Assembly: GCF_009834535.1 (NCBI RefSeq)
Contig: NC_045697.1
Coordinates: forward strand, 10,914,001-10,978,000
Direction of reading: 5' to 3'
Origin: Camelus ferus
Taxonomy: Eukaryota
DNA length: 64,000 nucleotides
Part shown: in pieces, positions 21,561-34,439 of the stretch
How the letters are laid out: each line of letters starts with the position of its first letter
How positions within the stretch are numbered: position 1 is the first letter of the stretch
Translations under genes and position numbers: made by a program
Notes under the pieces: model-generated
Told to the model about the DNA's origin: nothing
The model's input: only the letters and a program-made list of their open reading frames with translations
Database searches by the model: none

Positions 21561-23489
21561 CAGCCCCCCCGGGCTCCCCTTCAGACACTCACTAAAATAC
21601 ACTACTCATGTGCACGCAGGTATCTTGTGTGAGCTTTCAGTCGTCAGCACTGTTGCAATGGAGCCCAGGTTTGAATCTCACTTCTGGATTAAGACGCAGA
21701 ACACTGTTTCAGCAGAAGCAAGATCTTAGAAGCAGAGAAGCTCACAAGAATGGAATTGTCCCACACCACCCCATTTTTGGAAATAAGGGCAGAAATTTTG
21801 AGACTTTTATAGGCTATAAAAATAAACGTTCCAGTGTTATCAAGATTTCAAGGGTCTGGGAGACACCAGCAGACATTTCTGGTTACACGTTATCGGATAA
21901 GTCTTTCTTTGCTTCTTTTTTTCCTCCCTTTCTCCTTCCTTCCGTCTTTTCTTCACTCCCTCCCTCCTCTCTCCCTATCTCCCTTGTTACTTCTCTCATC
22001 TTAACACCCATAAACAAGAATCTACATGTAAAGCTATGGGTAGGCTGAGAAAAATTTTACAAAACCCCTTCCAGGGAGTTTTACCCACCAAGAGGAGGCG
22101 GAGTTTGGAAAAGCAGCAGCTAGGAAACTATTTATTGCTTTAATGAGACAAATCCGCCTGAATTTTCTGTTAATTTTGGGTAAGAAGCCACTATACAAGA
22201 TACAATACCAGAGAAATTAGTATGTATATGAAATATACATAAATATTTTATCTTAATTTTGCAAAAACATTTCCCGTTGAGTAGCCTGTAGTCGGCAAAG
22301 CCTTTGAATGACACACCTTAGCTCACGATTACTCAGATAAATCTTCCAGCAAGCCTACCTGCCAGGAGTCATGCAGTGTCTTGTACTCTCATATAACCTG
22401 TCTTTATCCATCTCCCCCATCACATCCAGCTGTGTTAACCCCTGGGTGCCCATGGAGTGCTGCTGGTCTTGGAAATGCACCATTATCTTTATGGCCATGT
22501 TAGTATCTAATCTGGCTGTATATGTTTCAGGCTTTCCTCGCTGTACCTGAGTGATCTGGGCATCTACCAGAAGCTTCCCGATAAAATACTGCCTTCTCTG
22601 CGATAGTAGACTTCTAGTTTACTTTTTAACTAACTCACTTGAAATTTAATAGGAGGTTTTAAGGCCACATCTGATTGAAGCCTTGTAAGTTCTAGTTTTG
22701 CCAACACTCTGGGCCCATCACCGACCTTGGGGTTTTCTGGGGAGAGGACGCACCGACTTGCCAGCGTGCTGCGCCTTGTTGCTTTATTCACTCTATATAT
22801 CAAAATGATACAAAACCAAAACCAGACTGGGGTAGCCAACTAATAAATTCATTGACACATCATAAGCTGAGAGTGTCTTAACCTGGAGGCAAATCTTGAG
22901 TTTGTAGGTAGAGTGTAGGAGCCGCGCTCCTAGCAGGGGAAAAGAAAGAAAACACAAACTCTTTCAGATATTAGCTTAATATAGTTTGGGATTTTTAAAA
23001 ACTGGGGAAAAAGATCACTGGATCAAGCTCTTCAAACAGTGCAACCACCTTCCTAAACAGCATCTCACCTTGAGTAGGACGTAAAGAAGTCAAGTCAGAC
23101 CAGCTCTCTGCTCAATCTTCTTTCCAGAACGGCGTTTGTTTTCTGAACGTTGTTGATTTCATAGCTCTGCCCTAAGGCCTCCTGGCTTCTGCTCAGATAA
23201 TTCTTCCTGTTGTTCCCCTTCCGGATTCCACTTTGATTCCTTCCATGCTGGGAAGTCTTGCTTTTAAAGATACGAAGAAAACCTCTCTATTCTAATGCAG
23301 CCTTGACGTAAAAGAAGAGGAACAATTTGCAAGGGTCATGTAGTGAGTTGGGAGAGACAGATGCTCTCCTGCTGTGCTGGCGGGTATGTTCCCTGATGAA
23401 ACTATTTTGCAAAGGAATTGTGGGAACCTTTGAACTTGGTTATTAATTGTATTTCCAGAAATCTATCTTAAAAATAATCATTTCAAAAG

Positions 23490-24060
23490 TAGAAGGAACT
23501 TTATGCATAAAGAGATTCACCATTGTGTTGTTTTCAGTGATGGTGAAAAAACGGGCACCAACCTAACTGTCCAACAGCTGGATAATGGTTATGTGAACAT
23601 AACGCATCTACCAATAAGCATTGTGGAACTGTTAAAACTGACGTTTCTGCAAGTTTCAACTTTAATGTGACAAATCAGACACATGTATTGACATCATGTC
23701 TTCTCCAAATCTAACTCAAGTGACAATAAAGGGGTAAAAAAGCACAGAACCATGGAATCTAAGGTAAGAGAGACAACTAAAGCAGGCAGGAGATATCAAT
23801 ACATTTTTAAAAGCTGAAAAGATTTACTGTTGGTACCTGGGTTATGGACCTGCAGTGCCCGCGGGGGTGAAGTTAAGGAGAAAACAGATGCATGGTACAG
23901 AACCTGAAAAGGGGTTCTGGACACCAGGTAACACTGAAGGCAGGGTGTCTGAGAAGCTGAGAGTGGGATGTGTCATCGAAAAGTTTTCATGGAAGCAGTA
24001 AGAGCCTAGATCTTTTCTCTCCTGCCCTGCCTGGTAGAAAACAGGTTTACTTTTAGCAGA
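23490..24060 (+). mobile_element. Old L1M fragments
   Basis: agagattcaccattgtgttgttt...caacctaactgtccaacag.tggataatggtta (L1ME 3' type) followed by A-rich L1-like sequence. Confidence 0.45.
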
Positions 24061-24603
24061 GGGTACTATGTGGGCTAAAAATGTGGATTGAATGGGAATC
24101 CATATATTTGACTCATCTATAGATGAATATTTTGAGAAGAAATTGAAGATGCTTCGAACACCCTTCCGCAAGATAGATTCATAAAAGTGAACTTTCAGGG
24201 TGTGCTCCTCTCTATGAATTAATCAGCCAAGGGGAAGCCAGGAATTCCAACAAATCAGCCCATGTTGCCAATGTCAGAGTTGGAAATAGTATTGCCCACT
24301 GTGGGCTCCAGAATCACAGACTTTGAGTCAGAAGAGCTCTTAGAGTCTCCTTCCTAGTCTGACCAATCTCAGGTGGGTTAGTTAGTAGCCCCATTTAGCA
24401 CCAATCTGATTACTTTTTATGCACACAATATGTGTATATGTATACTCTGTCTGTATAAAACATTATTATACCATAAGTGTCTCCCACTGGAACTCTTTGG
24501 GGCAAGAATGGCCCCATCATCTGGAGAGTTAGCTCTAGTTGTCGAAGGACCTGTGGGTCTTTGGTAGCTTCACTCTGACATCCTCTTCTCTCATCTTCTC
24601 TAG

Positions 24604-24691
24604 ACTTCAGGCATCTGGGTGTTTATGAAGACTCTTCTGGAGAATGGCTGTGATGAAGGGAAAGGCTTCTGTAATGGAGAGAAGGCTGAAG
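24604..24691 (+). other. Candidate exon (88 nt; 81 nt with the alternative AG at 24609-24610)
   Basis: Branch ctgac ~24575, tract tcctcttctctcatcttctctAG, GAAG-rich body, donor AAG|GTGAGC at 24692; one frame open (TSGIWVFMKTLLENGCDEGKGFCNGEKAE). Confidence 0.35.
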
Positions 24692-24834
24692 GTGAGCAAA
24701 CCACAGCCTATGAAACAGACGGTCTAGATTCCCATCACGCTTCATGTGCACTGCCCTTTGTCACGTCCTGACCTGTCTTCTTAAAGGTTCCTGTTTAGCA
24801 TCAGCCATGTGAGGGCATCAAGAAGAGGACTGAA

Positions 24835-24993
24835 GGGGGAGGGTACGGCTCAGTGGTAGAGTGTGTGCTTAGCAGGCATGAGGTCCTGGTTTCAATCCCC
24901 AGTGCCTCCATTAAAGTAAATAAATGAATGAATGAATGAATGAATAAATAAATAAATAAATAAGTAAACTTACTCCTCTATCCCCACCTCCAA
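24835..24993 (+). mobile_element. tRNA-Ala-derived SINE (camelid Vic-1-like)
   Basis: gggggagggtacggctcagtggtagag...cttagca...ggtttcaatccccagtgcctcca head with A/B boxes, (TGAA)n(TAAA)n tail, TSD aagaagaggactga 24820-24833 / aagaagagaattga 24994-25007 (12/14). Confidence 0.85.
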
Positions 24994-25493
24994 AAGAAGA
25001 GAATTGAGTGAATTTAACCTAATACTTTGTTTACCAATGAGAAAAAGAAGGTATAAGATATAGAAAGATAATGTTCGTTCTCAGTCATTCAGCGCTGACA
25101 AGAGCAAAGTCTATTGTCTCTCTGCTCAATCCTCCAAATTGTGAAGCGTCTTATGATTTGAAATAAGTAGATCTTTACCAAGAAGCTCTGGTGCTTCTGA
25201 AACTAGAATCTGAGGACACTCTTTGACCCCAATTAATTCAATCATAGCTGATTTATTCAATCCAGTCTCACCATGGTTGGTACGATGGCCTATTTGACTG
25301 TACATGATTCACATCAAATACTAAGTCTAGCCAGCAAAACCAGGGTATCAGTGTGGTAGTCTGTTCTCTTATGTACATGAATGTAAGTTTAATCTTGTGG
25401 ACATAAACATGAGCAAAGACAATTTTCCTTTTGAAGTGGTGTTCTATCATCAGAGTTGCCCAGGACACCTCCAAGAAGTATCTGCTCTTAGAG

Positions 25494-25695
25494 CAGGGGT
25501 CAGGAGTCAGCAAACTATGACCCATGGGCCAAATTCAACCCATGGCCTATCTTTATAAATAAAGCTTTATTGGAGCACAAGCACTCTCATTCTTTTACCT
25601 GTGACTGCTTTCACAAATGGCAAAGTTGAGTAGTTGTGACAGAGACTAAAATATTTATCATCTGGCCCTTTGCAGAAGATGCTTACCATTCCTTG
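25494..25695 (+). mobile_element. MER58A hAT-Charlie MITE
   Basis: caggggtcag...caaactatgaccc.tgggccaaat...taaataaagctttattgga.cac...aaaatatttatcatctggccctttgcagaa. Confidence 0.85.
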
Positions 25696-26039
25696 CATCA
25701 GAGCGTGCTTTTTTGTTTTAGGATCTGGGTGCACCTTGGATGCTGACTGATTTAAAAATCAGCTCTTCCTGAAGTCTTTTTTCAATTTTACCTCCCTGAA
25801 TACAGAAACATTCCAGAGGCAAAAAATGTATCATGCACAGATGTTTCCAAATGGGATTGACTGGAATTACCTGGGGGACCTTTACAATAGAAATTTTCTA
25901 GGCCTATTCCCAGAGACTGTGAGCCAATAGATCTGGATAGGGCTTGGGAAACTTACTTTAATATAAGTGATTCTGGTGCACAGACAGGAGGAAGAAGCAC
26001 ATGGAAAACACCAGGAAAGCATGTGGAGGTTGGAGATGG

Positions 26040-26235
26040 AACGAGCAGGCTGTGAACAGTGACTTGGTCTTACTGTGTGACCTTGGGCAGATCACTCCAT
26101 GAAACCTTGGTTATCTCATCTGTAAAATGGAAACAGCAATTCTTCCCGCACAGGGCTAGTTTGAGGACCAGATGAGATAATGGCTGTAAAATGCCTAGCA
26201 CCATGCCTGCACATACTAGACACTGGGTTAATGTT
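26040..26235 (+). mobile_element. MIR SINE
   Basis: ctgtgtgaccttgggcagatcact...ctcatctgtaaaatgg...atgagataat...gcaccatgcctgcacata. Confidence 0.8.
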
Positions 26236-26799
26236 CGCGTCCTTTCCTCCAGAGGAGAATCCAGTGTCTTGGAAAGCACACCAGGCAGATTTTCTTCATT
26301 TTGCCTTGAGCGTTACATTTCCATGTCTGTTTATGTTAATTTTGTTCTTGTCTAACTATTCCCCAATCCACAAGCCCTTCTCTGCATGTATTAAAGCTAG
26401 AGGTGACTTGTGCAAACTTGTTTCAGGGAGCACCCAGGGAGCTGAAAGGCCCTAAATGGCTTGTTAGCCACATGGCTGCCAATGATCTTGATTAAATGCT
26501 ACTAAAACACAACTAAGCACAAGCTTTTCTACAACCTTTTTATTTTCACGAGAAACCTTGATATAAGATGATGGACCTTATGAATTCAGAAGACAAACCA
26601 TTGGACAAACTGGGATGATGTCTAATTAGGCTCTCTTTCCTTAGAAATAGAAAGACTAGTTTTGCCTCCTGGCCTTGGCATCCAGGAACTGTCTTTGAGG
26701 AGCAGACACTGTTGATGTTTTGCCCACATGGCTTCTTGCCCCACCTGAGTAAACTGGCAGTCCTGGAAGACTTGCCACAGCACTGATACCTTCCTAGCT

Positions 26800-27200
26800 C
26801 AAGTAGCTGCATCTTTCATCTTCTCTACCTGATGATTTTCTCTGAATCTCAGGTGCTTGCTCCCAGAAGTCAGATACAACCTGGAGGTAAGGGACCAGTG
26901 AAGGTAAAGAGAGTGGATAATTAATTACCCAAGGGCTCTTACCGCCAGTGGGGCAATCTTGAGGGCTATTCTATATTGTTCTTCAGAGCTTCCCCACTGG
27001 GGTTTAGCCAGTTGCCCAAAGTGGTTATCTATATTCTAAAGCATCCCTGCTGGCTTTTTGCCCTTCCCTGTCGCAGTTTCCCCTCTTCCTCACTTGGGCT
27101 TCATGTGACTATCTCTCAGATAAACTGCCTATGCCTAAATCCTTGTCTCAGGTTCTACTTTCGTATGTAAAAGAGGCCTTCCTGTTCTCTCTAAAAGACA
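26800..27200 (+). mobile_element. ERVL LTR16C-like LTR
   Basis: ccagttgcccaaagtggt...ccttccctgtcgcagtttcccc...ctcagataaact.cct.tgcctaaatccttgtctcaggttctacttt. Confidence 0.65.
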
Positions 27201-27219
27201 GTATATGAGAAATAGTGGT

Positions 27220-27475
27220 GGGCAATATTTGTTGAATGGTTACTATACATGCCATGAATTGTTGTTAAGTGCTTCATAAATACTAACTTATTTAATCCGC
27301 ATAAGAAATTCCTAAAATAGGCACAATTAGAATCCTCATCTTGTAACAAAAGAAACTGAAGCATAAAAAGTCAAGTAATTTGCCTAAAATCACACAGGTT
27401 TGAACAGAAGGCAGAAATTTGAACTTGGCCAACTTAACAGCAAAGCCAGTGTCTTCACATTACTCCACAATGCTG
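27220..27475 (-). mobile_element. MIR SINE
   Basis: aatatttgttgaatggtttactat...ttatttaatcc...agaaactgaagcata...aagtaatttgcctaaaatcacaca. Confidence 0.75.
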
Positions 27476-27619
27476 CTCCACCAGTGCAGGTGGCAGTCCT
27501 TTGCATTGGTGGCCAGGATTTAACCATTGAATAATAGCTTGGCTTAAGGTATGGACTGTATTAAATGCTAATATCAGAAGGTCTAATGTATCATTCCAAA
27601 AGTGTTTATACTTTGTATA

Positions 27620-28060
27620 GAGAGATATGGCTATTGCTTCAGTTGCCTATGGGAGAGACCCCAAATGGAAGTTGGCTTAAAGAAACATCAAAGCTTAGTT
27701 CTCTCTCATGTAAAGTCCAAGGTGGTCAGGTAGCTCTGCTCTGCAAAGTTGTCAGGGTCCAGGCAGCTTCTCATTGTGCTGCCATCTGTAGGGCCCTGTC
27801 CTTCTCTTCATGGTCTCAGATGGCTCACCATGTATCCAGCTGCCAAGCATCATGAAGGAGGAGAGACTAAGGGGGAAGCATATGCATGCCTTTTAAGCAC
27901 ATGTCCCAGAAGATGCTTATATCACTTGCACTTACATCCACTGCCAGATATGAGTCACATTGCCACATCTAGCTACATAGAAGGCTGGGCATAGATGTCT
28001 TTATTGTAGTTGACTATGAGATCATCTAAAAATTCAATTACTGTGGAAGGAGAGATTAGT
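27620..28060 (-). mobile_element. MLT1J-like LTR
   Basis: acccccaaa..agttggcttaaag...tctctcatgtaaagtcc...tcacttgcacttacatcc.ctgccaga...agtcacattgccacatctagctac. Confidence 0.65.
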
Positions 28061-28347
28061 TTATCTTCATCACCTAACATGACACTTGTCAGAAATCTTC
28101 CTGATTCAAGCCCTCTACCCTTATGTTCCGTGGTGTGGTTTGAATATAAAGAGCACCCCTTGGGGTTTTCATCAAAAGTCAGTGTTACTGGGGCAATACT
28201 GGAACAGGGAAAAGGTCAGTTGTCTCTGTCTTAGGGTAAACACTAACTCTCTCTCTCATTCTTTGTTAATAATAGCCACCTGGGTTTTGAAACCCTAGGT
28301 TGTACTGTTTTTGTGATGTTGGACCAGTAACTGAATCTCTTTCAAAC

Positions 28348-28562
28348 TACAGTTCTCGACTGGGGTAATTTTGCCCCTCAAGGAGACACTAGGCAATATC
28401 TGAGACATTCTTGGTTGACGCAACTTGGGGAGGGGGTACTACTGACATCTAGTGGGTAGAGGTCCGGGATCATGCTAAACATGCCACAATGCACAGGTTA
28501 GCACTGCGCTGTCAAGAATTATCTGGTCCAAAATGTCAGTAGTGCTGGGTTGATGAGCCCTG
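28348..28562 (+). mobile_element. MER20 hAT-Charlie MITE, inserted in a MIR (~28245-28345 and ~28570-28700)
   Basis: gttctcgactggggtaattttgcccctca...tactactgacatctagtgggtagagg.ccgggat..tgctaaacat...aagaattatctggtccaaaatgtca.tagtgc. Confidence 0.9.
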
Positions 28563-29323
28563 CTCTAAGCTTTAGGTTTTTCTTTTCTTTTCAGAAAACT
28601 GAGGAGACAGCAGTATCTGCTTCATGGAGCATGGATGAGGATTCAATGGATAGCTCTTGCAAAGGACTTAGCAGAATGCCTAGCCCACATTAGGTTCCAG
28701 ACAACCTCGGTCCTCAGGGATTCTTAATCTTCTTCTCTGCCTGACTTCTCTAGACTTGTCTTCTTGCCACCTTTGATTCACAGTATGAATGTCTCTTGGG
28801 AAGGGAAATGAGGGAAATTACATTTTATCAAGGAACTATTAGCTGTCAAGATTTTAATATGTCACTTCATATAAAACTCTCCAAAACTGTGTGGGGTTGA
28901 TATTCCTGTTCCTGATTTGCAAATGGGCCAATGCACTTAGGAATATCTCGCAACATCCTCATAGAAGCAGAGTTAATCAGTGAGAGGGTAGGGATTGTGC
29001 TTGAGTTCAAATTTGGCATCTCCCAGTCCTGTAAGTTGGAAAGAGAGAATCTGAGAGAGCTTGGAAGTAGAGAATTCTCAGAGGATATCTGAGGAGCTCA
29101 AATGGTCTGGAGAAAATCAGGAGAGACTGATGTAGGGAACAAGATGCAGACACAGGAGGACAGGGAGGCTCCAGTGCAGAGTCACATTCTCACCTCAGGC
29201 TGGACTTACAAAGGCAGCTATTACTTCAACTGTTCAGGAACCTCAGCCTTCTTGTCTTGTTCCCACAAAATGGTGGGCAGCCTCATCCTCTTTCTTCCTT
29301 GCTGGATCCTAGGGATTGGGGTC

Positions 29324-29779
29324 TGTTTTAGATTCCTAGGGCGATTGTAACAAATCACTACAAACTTGATGACTTAAAAGAAAAGAAATTTGTTCTGTCA
29401 CAATTCTGGAGGCCAGGAGTCTGAAATCAAGGTGTCAGCCAGGCTGTGCTTCCTCAGTAGACTCTAGGAAGGAATCCTTCCTTGCCTCTTCTAGTTTTTG
29501 GTGGTGCCAGCAACACTTGACATCCCTTGGCTTGTGGCAGCATAACTCTGATCTGTGCTTCTGTCTTCACATGGCCTTCTTCCCCGTGTGTCTGGTCTCC
29601 CCATCTCGGTATCTCTGCATGGCCAGTCATTAGATTACAGCTCACCATAATCAAGTAGGATTGCATCTTAACTGAATTACTGCTGCAAAAACTCGATTTC
29701 CAAATAAGGTCACGTTCACAGATATTGGAGATTAGAACTCAAATATATCTTTGTTAGGGACACAATTCAACACACAACA
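29324..29779 (-). mobile_element. MLT1C-like solo LTR, full length
   Basis: TG...CA ends, near-TSD gggtc/tggtc, gtaacaaatcactacaaactt..tgacttaaaa...ttctggaggccag.agtctgaaatcaaggtgtc...tttccaaataaggtcac.ttcacag. Confidence 0.9.
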
Positions 29780-30727
29780 TGGTCTAAACAATATTTCCAA
29801 TGGATGAACGCTAAGCCATTTTTTTCTTAAAATAAATTAAACCCTTTATAACTCAATGGCAACTTTGGATGTGCAAGAGAGCTCAAAGTCACTTCCAGTA
29901 ACATGACAAATCTGGTCCTTTCTCAAGACAAGAGACCTCCACCATGCCACCCCACCAAATCTCCTTCCTGATATTACAGTGTTTCAGTACATGCGAAAAC
30001 CACACAAAGACTCACCTTAGACTTTGAAAAGAATATTCGAGAGAAAATATAGTTTATTTATTCGTTTATTTTGCCTTTATTTATGCTCTATTTTTTAATT
30101 TAAAAAATTAAAATGAAAATACAGCTTAGGGTGAGAACTCTTTAATTTCTGGAGGTGATTTGAAAGTAGAAGCCCTATCTGGCTTCTGGTCTTTATACAG
30201 TGCATTTGAAAAGAAAGTCTTATTATACCAATCAAGGCGACATCCTTTTACAATGAACTCTGCATCATATTTCTCCTTCAAGACAAAGAAGAACATTTAT
30301 GCAATTAAAATAGACTGATTGAAAAAAATCCGTGACAGGCATAAGCTTGGATTTCTACTCTGGGGTTGAAATGGCTGGGAGACACTAGAAAACTACAAAA
30401 CTGAGCAAAAATTGTCTTGTTTTTTCCAGTGCATATCTTGAAGAAGAAAGAGGAGGTGGCTTTCCCAGCATTCAGCAGCCTGGCCCCCTCCTTTGCAGAG
30501 CCAGGGCTGCTCCCTCAGGCCCTAATCAACTCACTCAAACAGGCTGCAAAATAGATCTGACAGCCCATGAAAGGGAGTTTGGAGGCTGGGAGGGAAATAC
30601 CAGGGAGGGCTAGGACTCCGGGAACATGGAATTCTGTATTTTCAAGAATATCACTGTGTTTGGACTGGGACGTGAGCAGGGCCCTCTGATATTTGCGCTA
30701 CAAAGTAGCTGTGATAAAAACCCTACA

Positions 30728-30772
30728 GTGTGTGTGTGTATGTGTGCATGCGTGCGTGTGCGTATGCGTATG
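30728..30772. repeat. Imperfect (TG)n/(TGCG) microsatellite
   Basis: gtgtgtgtgtgtatgtgtgcatgcgtgcgtgtgcgtatgcgtatg. Confidence 0.85.
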
Positions 30773-33158
30773 TAGGGGGGTGTCTTTTGAGTCCTGGGCT
30801 TGGAAACACTTAATCAAATCGGTGGGGAAGAAAGGTCTCTCCGGTTTAAGCCTAAATCCTATTGACGTGAAGAGCAAAGGCAATTAACATTTGTTGATGG
30901 GTAACTAAGTGTTGGACATGTTCTGTTTTTCTTTTAATCATTATCATAAGCCTTGTGGTTGGCATTGTTATCCCATTATATAGATTGGGACACAGAATTT
31001 TGAGAGCAAGAAGGATATTCAAAATATTTAAGAACAACCAGAAAAGGATGGGCAACGACCATTTAGAAGAGCCGGTCCCAGAAAGGGTTAGGATGGCTAC
31101 AGCTGTGGTGGGGGTGCCCCCAGGAAGCTTGAGGCAGCTACTGTTTATAATAAATACAAAGTCTATCCATGACTACCAGAGCATACCAGGCAAGTTGGCT
31201 CTGTTGGGAAGGCATGTTGGCTTCCCCTAAGACATAAAGCTCATAGTGTATGACTTGGGATTTGAACCCAGCTCTCTTTACTCCAAAGATAACAGTCTTT
31301 CCAACGTGCCATACCCTGGTCTTCTCACTCCATCCTTTCTGAGGGGGAGGAGTCTGCAATCATGCCTGGGAGGAGGAATGCCAGCACACTCTCTTATAAG
31401 GGATAAGAGATGTCAAAGCCTTTCCTGTGAATATCTTTGTAAAGATGATAAAGAAGTTTTCCTACAACCTTGAGAGGTGGATATGAATCATGAAGGTTGG
31501 AGACAATATTTCAAAAAGGTGTCCAAAAGCACAGCTGGATCACTGCAAACAAATAATTCCAACGTTGATCACTTTCCCCAGAGCAAATGTCCCCTTGATG
31601 GTGTAGAAAATATCAAGACCTATGACCTAGGTGCTCTTTTGGGAAAAGGTCAGTGTCCTGATGCAATACTTTGAGAAAATACCATTTATAACTTTAATGG
31701 CTATGCTAAGCATATTTTGAAAACTTTAGTTAAAATGTGGGTTCCCCAACACAGAACATTGAGTTTGGAATTTTATAAATTACTAGTATCCTATGACTTT
31801 TTCTTTATGGGTTGATTCAGGTCACATTATACCTATATCACTTGTATACAATGAAACGCCATCAATTCCCTCAGTTGACAACCCAGTGAAACGGGTTGAA
31901 TGAAAGAAAACATGTTGATGGAAATGACAGGAGAATAGCCTCTCCATTCAGTTGAAACAGAAGAGACACATAGAATCCTTTTATCTTCTTTTTTCAAGTG
32001 AGAGAAAAACCAATATTTCTCTTCAAATACAAACAGAAATTTACTCATTGGCTCAGGAAAAAATAAGCTAAGAGTGGACACATTTGCCTCTCCAGGGATC
32101 AGCTTAGTTCTTTAAAAATCTTCGAATTTAGGTTTCCTGCTGTTCCCTTACATGTTTTAATTGAACATATCTTGCTACCCTGTGCTTTCCTTATTGAGCT
32201 TGTACCACATCTCCCTTACTTCTTGCAGATTCAAACCTCTTCCATGATAATCAGAACTGTAGCATCGGAAGGCAATTCCCAAAGTGGTTCTGCACATCCT
32301 TGATGGTAAACCAGATAATCATAAGTGATAGTCCTGTGTTCATTTTAATGAGTATGGAAACCCAGAATTGGAGCACCAAGCTGTGATTACTTAGATATTA
32401 TTGCTTAGGTCTAGGCTAAGCTTTAAGGTGCACATATTTCTGGTCAATTAAAATATGTCAAGAAAATGATGGTAAAGATAGGAAATGCATATAGCAAAAA
32501 GCATAAACTGTTTGGGAGCTAATTCTATCAAGGTCTGAAATGGCATTCCCTAACAGCGACTGTATTCTCAGCAGGTGGACATCCAGCTTCTGCTCATGAG
32601 GAAGAGAGGTACCCACGGGAGTGCAGTGTGTGTCAGTGGAGAGGCTGGGCATTAGAAGAGCGAGCATTGCTTTTCCTTATGTTTGATCAGCCTGATATGC
32701 TGTTCTCAAAGCAAGTTCAAGAGCCTGTTTCCCCTGCTTGTCCACGTAAAGCAAGACTCGGATCTGACCACTCAAATTTGTGGAAGAGCTGCTTGTACCC
32801 TGGAGAAGCAGAAGAACATACAAGGGCTCTAGAGCAAGCCTGGATGGGCCCGGGGTGTGTCCGAGTCTGGGGAGGAGGGTGTGGGGGCTGACCTTGGGGA
32901 GGCCAGTGCTTCCTGCACACAGGGGAAGAGGTAGCAAGGGGCACAGGAAGAAGAGAAGTGTTGAGCGAGCTGTCAATCAGCTTCCAGCTGCAGTACACAG
33001 TGTTCTGTTTATGAGTGTACTTGCCGTAGCTTTATCTAGACTGTGTCTTTGAAGAAAAGGAGAAGTATTTTTGTTAAAGAGTGAATTAACCTGAAATTTG
33101 GTATCCTCCCCATGTTGCTATTTGATACTAAATCATTTAGACTTTAAAAAATGTACAA

Positions 33159-33355
33159 TGCAGATACACACTACTATGTATAAAATAGATAAAGAACAAA
33201 ATTCTACTGTAGAGCACAGGGAACTCTATTTAATATCTTATAATAACCGATAATAAGAAAGAAGTTGAAAAAGAATATATGTATAACTAATGCAGCATCG
33301 TAAATCAACTATACTTCAATAAAAATAAATAAGCGAAAACAAAACAAAACAAAAC
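33159..33355 (+). mobile_element. 5'-truncated cetartiodactyl-type L1 3' end
   Basis: tgcagatacacactactat.tataaaatagataaa.aacaa...ctactgtagagcacagggaact.tatt.aatatctt...gtaaatcaactatacttcaataaaa plus (AAAAC)n tail. Confidence 0.85.
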
Positions 33356-33551
33356 ATGCAGAGGACTGCTCTGCTTATTTTGGCTTGGCCGTGGAACTTG
33401 TCCTTAGTGCTCGAGAAATAACAGACAGGAGTGTGGAATGCATTTGTTCAAGCGGTCAGATCTGGGGCCCAGCAGATAGCTGATGCTAGAAGCTCTCCTC
33501 TCCCAAGGTTATGCGTTTGGGGGAAAAGAGTTGGATCAACGAACTCTTAAG

Positions 33552-33660
33552 CCTATCTCAATATTACCACCTCCACGACGTCTTTCCTAATGGCATCTTA
33601 CCCTTCTCTCTGTTCTTTGCTCTCCTGCATCTCTCTATCTGGACAACTCTTCAGGTAAGC
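33552..33660 (+). other. Candidate recursive splice site: 3' splice site immediately followed by a 5' splice site (cAG|GTAAGC)
   Basis: No AG between ~33552 and 33652, ctaat branch-like motif ~33586, long pyrimidine tract, AG 33653-33654 then GTAAGC 33655-33660. Confidence 0.35.
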
Positions 33661-34439
33661 ACACTGCTAACCGAGTTTTGGTCCAATCTACTTCATGCTT
33701 CTCATTGCACTCTGCACAAAGTCCGACTCATTGCTTTGGGAAGAATAGCAAATCAGAAAAAATGGAAATGGAATTGATGACAAGGGCAGAGATGGTACTC
33801 AACCAACAAGACAGGCCATGCGGTCACAGAAACTGGCCTGGAGATGAATATGTCCAGCTAGATCCCAGGTGACATTTAGGGAGCACTGGGTAGCCGATTA
33901 CTGCTGGCTGAGTGTGTAGGGAAATCCCAAAGTGAATTTGGCTGTTCTAGATTTAAGGTTTGCCTGACTGCTGCAGGATCACGACTGAATGTGCTGATTA
34001 TTCTGGGGCAAGTTAAAGGGGCTCCAAAGACACATCAAACTACCCCCTATGTTCAGATGTTGACATGCCCTTAATCATCTGAACTAGGATCATTGGTGAC
34101 GACAGTTTTCACTCCTCTGTGGCTTTTGTAAAATCTAAAGGTTTTGTTTGCAAGATCGTAAATGTCTAAAGGAACCAGATGGAAGAGCAGGTGGTTACTT
34201 ACACGTTGCTCGGACACTCAAGAAGCAGATGACAAGTTCCTTATCTGTTGTGGCCTGGGGGCATGGGGCAGGGGGACAATGCCTGGTGCCACGTTGAGTG
34301 CCACAGAGGAGTGGGAAAGCATGGTCGTTGCTGTCAACAGATGGGGTTTGAATCCTGCCTTTGTCATGTAATGTTTGTGTTACCTTGGGCAAGTTATTTA
34401 ACCTTTCTAAGGTTCAGTGATTTTCCACTCAAAAATGGG

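Noticed and set aside
24835..24910. tRNA-Ala(AGC) gene
   Set aside because: Stems are disrupted, and it has a SINE tail and TSDs; the same holds for the copy at 35299
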